DNA of 64,000 bases, from assembly GCA_038321865.1 (NCBI GenBank), contig JBBQFH010000004.1, positions 1 through 64,000 on the forward strand, read 5' to 3'. The stretch comes from Gemmatimonadales bacterium. Lineage in GTDB: Bacteria > Gemmatimonadota > Gemmatimonadetes > Gemmatimonadales > GWC2-71-9. The notes beneath the pieces were generated by a model that saw only the letters and a list, made by a program, of their open reading frames with translations, ran no database searches and had not been told where the DNA came from. Of the stretch, positions 9,551-21,317 are shown piece by piece; position 1 is the first letter of the stretch, and each line of letters opens with the position of its first letter. Position numbers and translations under genes: made by a program.

Positions 9551-11110
9551 TCAGCGAGCGGTGTCGGCCGGCTGCGGTGCCGGCCACCACTTGGGCGGTG
9601 CGGTCGCCTGACCGCCGAGCTGCAGCGGGTTGTCCGGCGTGTTGTCGGTGGGGATCACCACGCCATCGGCTCCCAGCAGGCGGAAGAGCTGCCACTGCGC
9701 CTGCCGAGCGGCCCACGGCCGGGCGCCATTGTACATGAGTGAAACGAGCAGCACGCCGTCGGGACGGCCCAGATACCCCACGACCGTGGAAACATCGCCC
9801 AGCGTGCCGGTCTTCGCGCGGACGACACCCGCACCCGGGAATCCGGTGTTCAGGCGCCGGAGCGTGCCGGAGCCATTGGCCGGAAGCAGCTGCGGGAAGT
9901 TCCGTCCCGCCGCCGTCATGGGGAACTTCGCGAGATACGCCACGAAGGTCGAGGGTGTGACCCGGTCGTCGTTGGACAGCCCGCTGCCGTCGACCAGATG
10001 GGCCCCATCCTGCTCGCCCGTCACGTCGCGGATGTGCTGGGTGAGCGCGGCGGGTCCCTGGGCACCGCGGCCAGCCGCCCACTGCAGCAGCAGCTCCGCG
10101 CCGATGTTCAGGCTCCGGCGATTGACCTCGCTCGCCACCGAATCGAGGACAGCCGAGTTGACCTCGGCCAGCACCCGCGTCGTCGTCGGCCCGGCGGGCG
10201 GGAAGCCCGTACCGGTCCACGAGATACCGACGCGGCGCAGGGCGTAGCCCCACGCGGCGTTCAGGACGGCCTTGGGGTCGTTGGAGACCGTCGTGAAGCG
10301 GCGGGCACCGGCCCGCTGCCCGATCACGCCACCGACGACCCAGCCGCCTCCGGTCCTGGGGCGGAATGCCAATGAAGTGCGCCGGCCTTTGCGGGTCGTC
10401 GCCGTAATGGAGATGATGGATCCGATGCCTGCCGGCGACTCCTCGACCAGCTGCGCCCGCTGGCCGACACGCGCGCCCGGACGAATGGTGAACCAGACGA
10501 CGTTTTCGTGCAGCGTCAGCGGCCCGATCAACGGCGCGAACAGCCGGCCGCGATGGCGGGCAGACCACGCGGCCGGATACACCGCCTCAGCCGGACCGTC
10601 CGCGCTCTGGACCCGCAGTGGGCCGGTCAGGCGGCGGACACCGGTGCTGGCCAGCTGCTGGGCCAGATCGAGCAGCGTCGGGCCGGACCCTTCCGCCCGT
10701 TCGAAGGTCACGTCGCCGTTCAGCTCCAGCGCCCAGCTCCCGACCCACTCCCCGGTAGCGGGATTCAGGTGCCCCGTTCCCACCACCCGGGTGGCCCGCC
10801 GTGCGGTCCCCCCGAGCATGCTGCGGGCGAAACCGGTCGTGAACAGCTTGACTGTCGAGGCGGGCTTCAGCGGCTCATCGGGGCGCACGCTCCAGAGGAG
10901 CCGCCCCTGCTGGTCGGCGATGGCAATGCCCCAACTGCCAGGCGCCGTACGCGACGCGGTGGCATACCAGCTGCTCACGTGGGACTCGAGCCACTGGGCT
11001 TCGGTCTGCGCCTGGATCGGCACCGGGGCGCCGATGATCATGGCGCAGAACGCGGTGGCCGCGGCCAGACGCGGGATGATTGAGTGGGACACGATACGGC
11101 ACTGCATCAC
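9551..11110 (-). CDS. dacB: D-alanyl-D-alanine carboxypeptidase/endopeptidase (peptidase S13, PBP4)
   Basis: PASTVK (SxxK), RSLN (SxN), DGSGLS and AKTGTL (KTG); signal peptide. Exact start uncertain. Confidence 0.92.
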   Translation of the reverse strand: MMQCRIVSHSIIPRLAAATAFCAMIIGAPVPIQAQTEAQWLESHVSSWYATASRTAPGSWGIAIADQQGRLLWSVRPDEPLKPASTVKLFTTGFARSMLGGTARRATRVVGTGHLNPATGEWVGSWALELNGDVTFERAEGSGPTLLDLAQQLASTGVRRLTGPLRVQSADGPAEAVYPAAWSARHRGRLFAPLIGPLTLHENVVWFTIRPGARVGQRAQLVEESPAGIGSIISITATTRKGRRTSLAFRPRTGGGWVVGGVIGQRAGARRFTTVSNDPKAVLNAAWGYALRRVGISWTGTGFPPAGPTTTRVLAEVNSAVLDSVASEVNRRSLNIGAELLLQWAAGRGAQGPAALTQHIRDVTGEQDGAHLVDGSGLSNDDRVTPSTFVAYLAKFPMTAAGRNFPQLLPANGSGTLRRLNTGFPGAGVVRAKTGTLGDVSTVVGYLGRPDGVLLVSLMYNGARPWAARQAQWQLFRLLGADGVVIPTDNTPDNPLQLGGQATAPPKWWPAPQPADTAR

Positions 11111-11196
11111 GGAATAATCGAGCTCCGGAGCGAGAAGACCTTCGGCTATGGCGGTTGGATCCGGCGAGCTGACGGCTGGATACCCTACTGCCGCAA

Positions 11197-11225
11197 ACTA
11201 TTGCACCATCACCGGTTCCTGTCAA
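11197..11225 (-). promoter_or_regulatory. Putative sigma70 promoter of dacB
   Basis: Minus strand TTGACA-N17-AATAGT. Confidence 0.4.
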
Positions 11226-11355
11226 TACGCAAGCTCAATACACTGCGGGGCTTACGGGAATTGCCCCGCCATATCCCAACGGCCAGCGGAGACCGGTAGT
11301 TCCAGCTCATGCAATGCGTCTCCAACTGTCGGCAAGTTCCAGGCCTCGCTCAACC

Positions 11356-11511
11356 TATCGGTTTCGGTGCCAACTCGCGGTGATCTGAGCCGACCGTCGC
11401 GGGTGCTCTACACGACCCTGCTTGGGGTCACGAAATGGCGTGCCTGGAGCCCCATCTCGTCGAGTGGGCGCGACAGCCCGAGGGGGGTGGCACGGTCCCG
11501 GTCACCGGGAC
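11356..11511 (+). ncRNA. Structured intergenic RNA candidate, 6S (SsrS)-like
   Basis: Nested pairings: GUGCCA/UGGCAC (11367-72/11488-93), CUCG/CGAG, GCUCUA/UGGAGC, CACG/CGUG, GACCC/GGGUC; side hairpin at 11451-68; UGAGCCGA motif as in 6S RNAs. No credible ORF. Confidence 0.4.
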
Positions 11512-11520
11512 TGAACAACG

Positions 11521-11552
11521 ATCGGGCGCCGGAAAGTGCTCCGGCGCCCGAT
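11521..11552. terminator. Strong hairpin between the convergent RNA candidate and the acyl-CoA dehydrogenase gene
   Basis: ATCGGGCGCCGGA-AAGTGC-TCCGGCGCCCGAT; a weak U-rich tail (GUUGUU) follows on the minus strand. Confidence 0.65.
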
Positions 11553-11576
11553 GCCTGTCTCCGCTGCGGCCCGCTG

Positions 11577-12740
11577 CTAGCGAAGCATCGCCTTGGCGAT
11601 CGTCTGCAGCTGCATATTGCTGGTGCCCTCGTAGATCGTGCCGATCTTCGCGTCGCGGTAGAACTTCTCCGCCGGGTACTCCTTCGAATAGCCATAGCCG
11701 CCGAACAGCTCGAGACACTTGGACGTGGTCCGGTCGGCCATTTGCGAGCTGAAGAGCTTCGCCATGGCGGCCTCCTGCGCGAACGGGTGGCCGGAGTCCT
11801 TCAGGCGTGCCGCGTTGTACACCATCAGGCGCGCGGCTTCGAGGTCGGTCGCCAGCTGGGCAATCTGAAACTGGACGGCCTGGAACTCGGCGATCGCCTT
11901 GCCGAACTGCTTGCGCTCCTTGATATACGCCATCGCCGCGTCGAGCGCGCCCCGGGCCACGCCGATCATCTGCGCCCCGATGCCGATCCGCCCCTCGTTC
12001 AGGGTCTCGATCGAGATCTTGTACCCCTGTCCGACCGGGCCCAGCACATTGTCCTTCGGCACTCGCGCCTGCTCCAGAATCAGCTCCGTGGTGCTCGACG
12101 CCCGAATACCGAGTTTGTTTTCCTTCTTCCCGATGCTGAAACCCTGGAACCCCTTCTCGACCAGAAACGCGGTGATCCCCTTGTACCCCTTCGAGAAATC
12201 AGTGTTGGCGAACACGATGAAGAAACCCGCCTCGGCGCCGTTCGTGATCCAGAATTTCCGGCCGGTGAGCTCCCAGTAGTCGCCCTTGTCTTCCGCACGA
12301 GTGGCAAGGGCAAAGGCGTCGCTGCCGCTGCCCGGCTCGCTGAGCGCGAACGCGCCCAGGAGCCCAGAGGTCAGCCGCGGGAAGTAGCGATTCTTCTGCT
12401 CATCGCTGGCCCAGCGGAGGATGGCGTTGTTGACGAGGGTGTTGTGTACGTCCACGTAGATCGCGGCCGACGCATCGACTCGCGCCAGTTCTTCGATGGC
12501 AAGCGCGGCCATGAAAATCGAGCCCCCGGCCCCGCCCAGCGCTTCCGGCACCTCGATGCCCATCAGGCCCAGCTCGAAGAACTTGGGGATGATGTCGGCG
12601 CGGAAGTGGGCCTGCTCGTCCATCTCCGAGACATGCGGCGCGACCTCGGTCAGGGCGAATTCACGCACGGCGTCCCGGAACATCGCCTCCTCTTCCGACA
12701 GCACGGTGAGCGCCTGAGGCGCAACGGCGATGTCCTGCAT
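11577..12740 (-). CDS. Acyl-CoA dehydrogenase (short/branched-chain type)
   Basis: FALSEPGSGSDA, KFWITNG, KLGIRASST, ERKQFGK, GGYGY, IYEGTSNMQ; start set at MQDIAV. Confidence 0.95.
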   Translation of the reverse strand: MQDIAVAPQALTVLSEEEAMFRDAVREFALTEVAPHVSEMDEQAHFRADIIPKFFELGLMGIEVPEALGGAGGSIFMAALAIEELARVDASAAIYVDVHNTLVNNAILRWASDEQKNRYFPRLTSGLLGAFALSEPGSGSDAFALATRAEDKGDYWELTGRKFWITNGAEAGFFIVFANTDFSKGYKGITAFLVEKGFQGFSIGKKENKLGIRASSTTELILEQARVPKDNVLGPVGQGYKISIETLNEGRIGIGAQMIGVARGALDAAMAYIKERKQFGKAIAEFQAVQFQIAQLATDLEAARLMVYNAARLKDSGHPFAQEAAMAKLFSSQMADRTTSKCLELFGGYGYSKEYPAEKFYRDAKIGTIYEGTSNMQLQTIAKAMLR

Positions 12741-12804
12741 GCATGCTCCCGGCTGATGAAGATGTTTCCGACTGGGAGCAACATACCGCCGAGCGGGGCT
12801 CCCT

Positions 12805-14667
12805 TCAACGGAGTGAACGCTCCGTTGCGGTTCGGGCGGTGCCGCCAAGCACGTCGAGCGCCACGGGCACGCGGCCGAGGGGCGCGGAGACCTGCGCGCC
12901 CTGCACCCGCTCACCGACCGATGCCAGCATCTCCCGCGCGATGCCGACGCCCTCCGCCAGCGCGGCTTCCTTCCCGGCGGCGCTGGCGCGCCGCATCCGC
13001 TCCAGCACGGCGTCCGGCACGCTGATTCCCGGCACCTCGTTCGCGAGGAATTCCGCGTTTCGTAACGATACCAGCGGCCAGATGCCGGCGATGACCGGTA
13101 TCCGGAACGATTCCACCCGCTGGAGAAAGCGGTCGAACTGATCCAGGTCGAACACCGGCTGCGTCACCGCATACTCGGCGCCCGCCTCGACTTTCCAGGC
13201 CAATCGCTTCAGTTCCCGGTCGAGATCAGCCGCCGCGGGGTTCACGCCGACCCCGATCAGGAATCGTGTCGGGTCGCCGAGGGGATTGCCGCCCGGATCC
13301 AGTCCGCGGTTCAATCGGGAGACGAGATTCGTGAGCCCGATCGAATCGATGTCGAACACTGCCGTGGCGTCCGGGTAGGGGCCCATCTTCGGTGGGTCGC
13401 CGGTAATCAGGAGCAAATTGTTCAGACCGCTGGCCGCGGCACCCAGAAGATCGGACAGCATCCCCAGGAGGTTGCGATCGCGGCAGGCGTAATGGACCAC
13501 CGCCTCCATCCCGACCTCCCGCTGGATGAGCAGCCCGGACAGGAGGGCGCCCATGCGGCTTTGGGCCCGGGGCCCATCAGGCACGTTGACGGCATCCACG
13601 CCCGCGGCCTTGAGCTGGCGCACCTGCTCGTACATCGGCTCGGGGTTGACGCCCCGCGGGGGGACGATCTCGACCGTCGTCACGAACTCGCCGCGGGCGA
13701 TCCGCCCGGCCAGTCGGGAACGGTCGGCCATGGGAATCGGCTCGCAGGCCGCGGTCGGCAGCGGCACTGCACCGGCCACGGCCGCGTGTCGCGGCGACAC
13801 GCTCTGCACGAACCCGACGATTTCGCGAATGTGCGCCGGCGTCGTCCCGCAGCAGCCGCCCACGAATCGGGCGCCGGCCTCCACCATCCGCCGCGCGTAG
13901 CTCGCCATGTACTCCGGGCTCGCCATGTAGATCTTCCGGTCGCCGATCTCGCGCGGAAGGCCGGCGTTGGGCTGCGCGGCGATCGGCGTGGTGATCGCGC
14001 GGCTCAGCTGCTCCACGGCCTCGAGCACGCCGTGCGGGCCGACCGAGCAGTTGACCCCGATCACGTCCGCGCCCATCGCCTCGATTTCCGGGCCGAAGAC
14101 CGCCGGCTCGGTGCCGTAATGCGTCTTCCCGTCGGTTCCCACCGTCATCTGCGCGATGACGGGAAGGTCGCAGATCGCGCGAACCGCCTCGAGGGCGGCG
14201 CGGAGCTCCTGCACGTCGCTGAACGTCTCCAGGATGAAGCCGCTGACGCCGCCGTCCAGGAGGCCGCGCGCCTGCCGGGCGAACGCCTCGCGGGCTTCGG
14301 CGACCGAGAGCTCGCCGAACGGCTCCAGTCGCACCCCCAGTGGCCCGATGGCGCCGACCACGGCGGCGCGATCCCCAGCCGCCTCCCGGGCCAGGACCGC
14401 GGCTGCCATGTTGATCCGCTCGGTATCATCGGCGAGGCCATGGGTGGCCAGCTTGAGCGGGTTGGCGCCGAAGGTGTTGGTCTCGATCACGTCAGCACCG
14501 GCTCGCACGTACTCGCGGTGGATCTCGCGCACGAGGTCCGGCTGGCGGAGGTTCAGCTCATCGTAGCACACGTTGAGGAACACGCCGCGGCCGTACAGCA
14601 TCGTGCCCATGGCGCCGTCCACGACGTGAACCCGGCCATCATCCAGCAGCTCTTTCAGCGTCGGCAT
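12805..14667 (-). CDS. Bifunctional homocysteine S-methyltransferase / 5,10-methylenetetrahydrofolate reductase (YitJ-like)
   Basis: N-terminal [20 protein letters not shown]-terminal MTHFR motifs EIVPPRG, HYACRDRN, ITGDPP, TQPVFD. Confidence 0.93.
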   Translation of the reverse strand: MPTLKELLDDGRVHVVDGAMGTMLYGRGVFLNVCYDELNLRQPDLVREIHREYVRAGADVIETNTFGANPLKLATHGLADDTERINMAAAVLAREAAGDRAAVVGAIGPLGVRLEPFGELSVAEAREAFARQARGLLDGGVSGFILETFSDVQELRAALEAVRAICDLPVIAQMTVGTDGKTHYGTEPAVFGPEIEAMGADVIGVNCSVGPHGVLEAVEQLSRAITTPIAAQPNAGLPREIGDRKIYMASPEYMASYARRMVEAGARFVGGCCGTTPAHIREIVGFVQSVSPRHAAVAGAVPLPTAACEPIPMADRSRLAGRIARGEFVTTVEIVPPRGVNPEPMYEQVRQLKAAGVDAVNVPDGPRAQSRMGALLSGLLIQREVGMEAVVHYACRDRNLLGMLSDLLGAAASGLNNLLLITGDPPKMGPYPDATAVFDIDSIGLTNLVSRLNRGLDPGGNPLGDPTRFLIGVGVNPAAADLDRELKRLAWKVEAGAEYAVTQPVFDLDQFDRFLQRVESFRIPVIAGIWPLVSLRNAEFLANEVPGISVPDAVLERMRRASAAGKEAALAEGVGIAREMLASVGERVQGAQVSAPLGRVPVALDVLGGTARTATERSLR

Positions 14668-14681
14668 CTGCGCATCACCTG

Positions 14682-18416
<3,735 letters not shown>

Positions 18417-18429
18417 GGGCCGATCTCCC

Positions 18430-18465
18430 AAAAAAGAAAAATCCCGGAGCTAAAACGGCTCCGGG
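18430..18465 (-). terminator. Intrinsic terminator in the metH leader (riboswitch expression platform)
   Basis: Minus strand CCCGGAGC-CGUUUUA-GCUCCGGG-AUUUUUCUUUUUU. Confidence 0.85.
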
Positions 18466-18473
18466 CAGGGGCG

Positions 18474-18520
18474 TTTTAGCGATTGTTTAACGTGGCCGCA
18501 ATAGGCGCAAATGACCACGG
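18474..18520 (-). ncRNA. SAM-II riboswitch aptamer
   Basis: Minus strand CCGUGGUCAUUUG...UUGCGGCCACGUUAAACAAUCGCUAAAA matches the SAM-II (SAM_alpha) consensus; upstream of metH. Confidence 0.88.
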
Positions 18521-18620
18521 AGCAATTGTTTCCTCAATCTAGCATCGATCCTGCGCCGTCGGCAGGGTCGCCTGTCCGCGGAGCCGCAGGGCTCGCGCCA
18601 CCGCGACCCCCGGTGCGCCG

Positions 18621-19223
18621 TCAGGGCGTCAGCACGAGTCGGCGGAGCAGGCTCAGCACGATCGGCTGAAGCAGCCATGACAGCAGGATCCACGCGACCA
18701 TGGGGCTCAGGTCGAGCGGACCGAGTGGCGGCAGCAGCCGTTTGAGCGGTTCGACCAGCCAGTCGGTCAACACGTACGCGGGCCGGATCCATCGGTTGAG
18801 GCGGCCCATTCCCAGCCAGGACGCCACGACCCGCACCACGAGCGCAGCCTCGACGATCACGAACGCGGCGCGTGTCGCGGTCAGCACCCACGCCGCGGGG
18901 CCCGACTGCGCGAGACCGGCGAGCATCGCTACGAGTCCGATGGCCAGCCCGAGCAGCCAGAGCAGCACCAGTCCCGCCGCGATCACCAGCCCGAGCAGCC
19001 AGAGCGGTGCATCCTGCGGGTTGCCGCCCATTCGTGCGATGCGCCGCTCGATTGGGTGGAGAACCGGATCGCTCAGGCGCCGGACGAAGCGCGGCCAGGC
19101 CGCGAATGCGTTGAGCCGCTGACGCCGGACCGCCCAATGGGTGCCCGCGACCACGAGGGCAAACACCAGCGCGGCCACGACGAGCGCACGGAGGGCAAGG
19201 TAGAGCGCCGCGATGGGTGTCAC
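18621..19223 (-). CDS. YggT family membrane protein
   Basis: Two YGGT-like repeats: RRLSDPVLHPIERR and LTDWLVEPLKRLLPPLGPLDLSP. Confidence 0.88.
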   Translation of the reverse strand: MTPIAALYLALRALVVAALVFALVVAGTHWAVRRQRLNAFAAWPRFVRRLSDPVLHPIERRIARMGGNPQDAPLWLLGLVIAAGLVLLWLLGLAIGLVAMLAGLAQSGPAAWVLTATRAAFVIVEAALVVRVVASWLGMGRLNRWIRPAYVLTDWLVEPLKRLLPPLGPLDLSPMVAWILLSWLLQPIVLSLLRRLVLTP

Positions 19224-19227
19224 GCGG

Positions 19228-19671
19228 TCAGCGGCTCTGCCCGTCGACCTGGAGGGGCTGGACGCGGCCGTCCGGCGTGGTGCAGACCGTGGAGAACCGG
19301 CCCTCGTTCAGCGCCGCCGACTCGAGCACGTCGGTGCCGGCGGTGCACGACGCGAGCGCGTGAGTCTCCGGGTGACGGAATTCGACGGTGACGGTGAGCG
19401 TGCTGTCCCGGGTGGACAGCCGCGCCGCTGTGGCGGGTGTCAGCGAGTCGATGCCCATCTGGGCCACGGTCAGGGGATAGCGGCCGCGGTGGGACGCACG
19501 ATAATCGGCGGCGCGGTCGATCAGTTCGAAAATGCGGCGGCCCAGGACCTGGGCATCCTGCTCCGGCGTCTGTGCCGGTGTGCCTGCCGCGCGGGCCCCT
19601 CCGGTGCCGCCTGTGCGGCAACCCGCGAGCAGGGCCAGCAGCAGCACGCAGCCGCGGGGCAAGCGCCTCAT
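19228..19671 (-). CDS. Putative lipoprotein
   Basis: Lipobox LLAGC after a hydrophobic stretch; ATGA overlap with the desaturase stop. Confidence 0.7.
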   Translation of the reverse strand: MRRLPRGCVLLLALLAGCRTGGTGGARAAGTPAQTPEQDAQVLGRRIFELIDRAADYRASHRGRYPLTVAQMGIDSLTPATAARLSTRDSTLTVTVEFRHPETHALASCTAGTDVLESAALNEGRFSTVCTTPDGRVQPLQVDGQSR

Positions 19672-20642
19672 TCCATCGCGAATTCGCGGCTGAACACCAC
19701 CGGGAAGCTGAAGGTCTTGGCCCGGCTGCGGGTCTCCATGATGTCGGCGATGCGGCGGAGGCGGTCCGGCACACCCAGAATCTTTTCCTGCGCCTTCCGG
19801 CCGAGCTCGTTCAATCCGGTCAGGCTCTCGATCTTCCAGTAGCGGATCTGTTCCTGGACGATCCGCAGGTAGTCACGGGGGCCATAGATGCCGGCCCGGC
19901 GAATCACCTCCGCGAACTCCTTGTATCCCGGGATCGTGAGTCCGGGCATGTCGATGCTGGGCAGAATGAAGGACGCCGAATGCAGCGCCTGATCCGGGTC
20001 GCGCTGGAGGATCTCGTCGAAGACGGTCCGGTAGAACGTGAAGTGCCGCGCCTCCTCCCGCGCGACATATCCCAGGACCTCCCCCAGCAGCGGTTCGTAC
20101 TGGCCGATCAGCCGGCCGGTCTCGCTGTGGGAGAACTGGGTGGCACGCTCCTGTACCGTCGTGTACGCGAAGACACGATAGGGATCGTGATCCCAGGCGG
20201 GATTGAAGCCGGCCCGCAGGTATTCGAACTGCATCTCCTCGATCTTGCGCTGGTCGAACAGCCGTGCGTCCCGCGCATAATCGTGGAGAATCTGGCCGTG
20301 CCGATCTTCCTCCGCGGTCCAGAGGTTGTTCCAGGCCTGCCAATGGCTGTCCTCACCCAGATAGACCGCCAGCAGGCGGTGAAAATGCGGCAGTCCTTCC
20401 TCGGTGAGCAGGTTCAGCGCCAGGGCGGCCCGGGCGGAGTCGGGGATCCCTTCCGCCCGCTTGCGAAGCGTCGCCAGGTGCTCATCCGGACAGGTGTCTG
20501 GCGGCGGGCCCAGCAGGTCGGCCGGGAACCACAGCTCGCGCTTGGCCTCGTGAGCCGCCATCATCTCGCGGACCTTGCCCTCCAGGTCGCGCAACACTTC
20601 CACCTTGGAGTAGAGTTCCCGGGCGGATTCGGTGATGCTCAT
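19668..20642 (-). CDS. Acyl-ACP desaturase (ferritin-like, DesA type)
   Basis: NLLTEEGLP, WTAEEDRHG, QERAT and EEARH diiron motifs. Confidence 0.92.
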   Translation of the reverse strand: MSITESARELYSKVEVLRDLEGKVREMMAAHEAKRELWFPADLLGPPPDTCPDEHLATLRKRAEGIPDSARAALALNLLTEEGLPHFHRLLAVYLGEDSHWQAWNNLWTAEEDRHGQILHDYARDARLFDQRKIEEMQFEYLRAGFNPAWDHDPYRVFAYTTVQERATQFSHSETGRLIGQYEPLLGEVLGYVAREEARHFTFYRTVFDEILQRDPDQALHSASFILPSIDMPGLTIPGYKEFAEVIRRAGIYGPRDYLRIVQEQIRYWKIESLTGLNELGRKAQEKILGVPDRLRRIADIMETRSRAKTFSFPVVFSREFAME

Positions 20643-20683
20643 GCATGCTCACTGGGGCAGAAGCCCCGCCTAGGGGACGCAGC

Positions 20684-20720
20684 AAAAAAGGACCTGCTCA
20701 CAAACTAATGAGGCAGGTCC
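20684..20720 (-). terminator. Intrinsic terminator after the GNAT gene
   Basis: Minus strand GGACCUGCCUCA...UGAGCAGGUCC-UUUUUU. Confidence 0.75.
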
Positions 20721-20751
20721 CCGCTTCGCCAACTCCTGACCCGACGGCGAC

Positions 20752-21186
20752 CTAGCGCTCAGTCCCGTCGAACCGCTTCTCCATCAGCGCCCAGGTGCGG
20801 CCACCGATGTAGCCGGGCCGTTCCAGCACGCGACGCCAGCCCATGGCACCAAGCAGGCCCTCGGCCCGGAAGTCATCCGTCCAGAATTCGGCGAGATGCG
20901 CGTCGTCTTCGGACACTCTGACCTCGAACGCTTCCAGCAGCCGGTGGGCATGGCCCTGATGCCGCTCGGCGGGGGTCACCACCAGGTCGATCAGGTGGGC
21001 AACGCCGCCGCGCATCGAGTAGCGCAGCCCCCCGATCCAGTCGCCGATCTCGTTACTGAGCACCAGATAGCAGTCGTCCGACGGGGACGGAAGCCCCTCG
21101 GCGCTCGCTTCGAGATCGAGCAGCTCCTGCAGCCAGTGCGCGAAGTCCTCATCCTGGTCCATCGCGCGGATCGTCATCTCGTTCAT
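20752..21186 (-). CDS. GNAT family N-acetyltransferase
   Basis: LVVTPAERHQGHAHRLL acetyl-CoA binding motif. Confidence 0.85.
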   Translation of the reverse strand: MNEMTIRAMDQDEDFAHWLQELLDLEASAEGLPSPSDDCYLVLSNEIGDWIGGLRYSMRGGVAHLIDLVVTPAERHQGHAHRLLEAFEVRVSEDDAHLAEFWTDDFRAEGLLGAMGWRRVLERPGYIGGRTWALMEKRFDGTER

Positions 21187-21237
21187 GGCTTAATAACCCG
21201 CTTTCCAGGTGGAAAGGTCCCGGCTGCGCCCGAGCTG

Positions 21238-21253
21238 TGCAACACTAATGCCA
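21238..21253 (-). promoter_or_regulatory. Sigma54 (-24/-12) promoter of the GNAT gene
   Basis: Minus strand TGGCAT-TAGTG-TTGCA, with GG-N10-GC spacing. Confidence 0.7.
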
Positions 21254-21317
21254 CTTTCGCGACGAGCTCGCTGTGGGGACGCTCACCCAGCTTCGGCGAG
21301 GACAGGGCGGGAGGCCG

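Noticed and set aside
13828..13860. 33-bp near-identical repeat with 17421-17453
   Set aside because: It encodes the conserved [11 protein letters not shown] motif of two paralogous homocysteine-binding domains; not a DNA repeat element.
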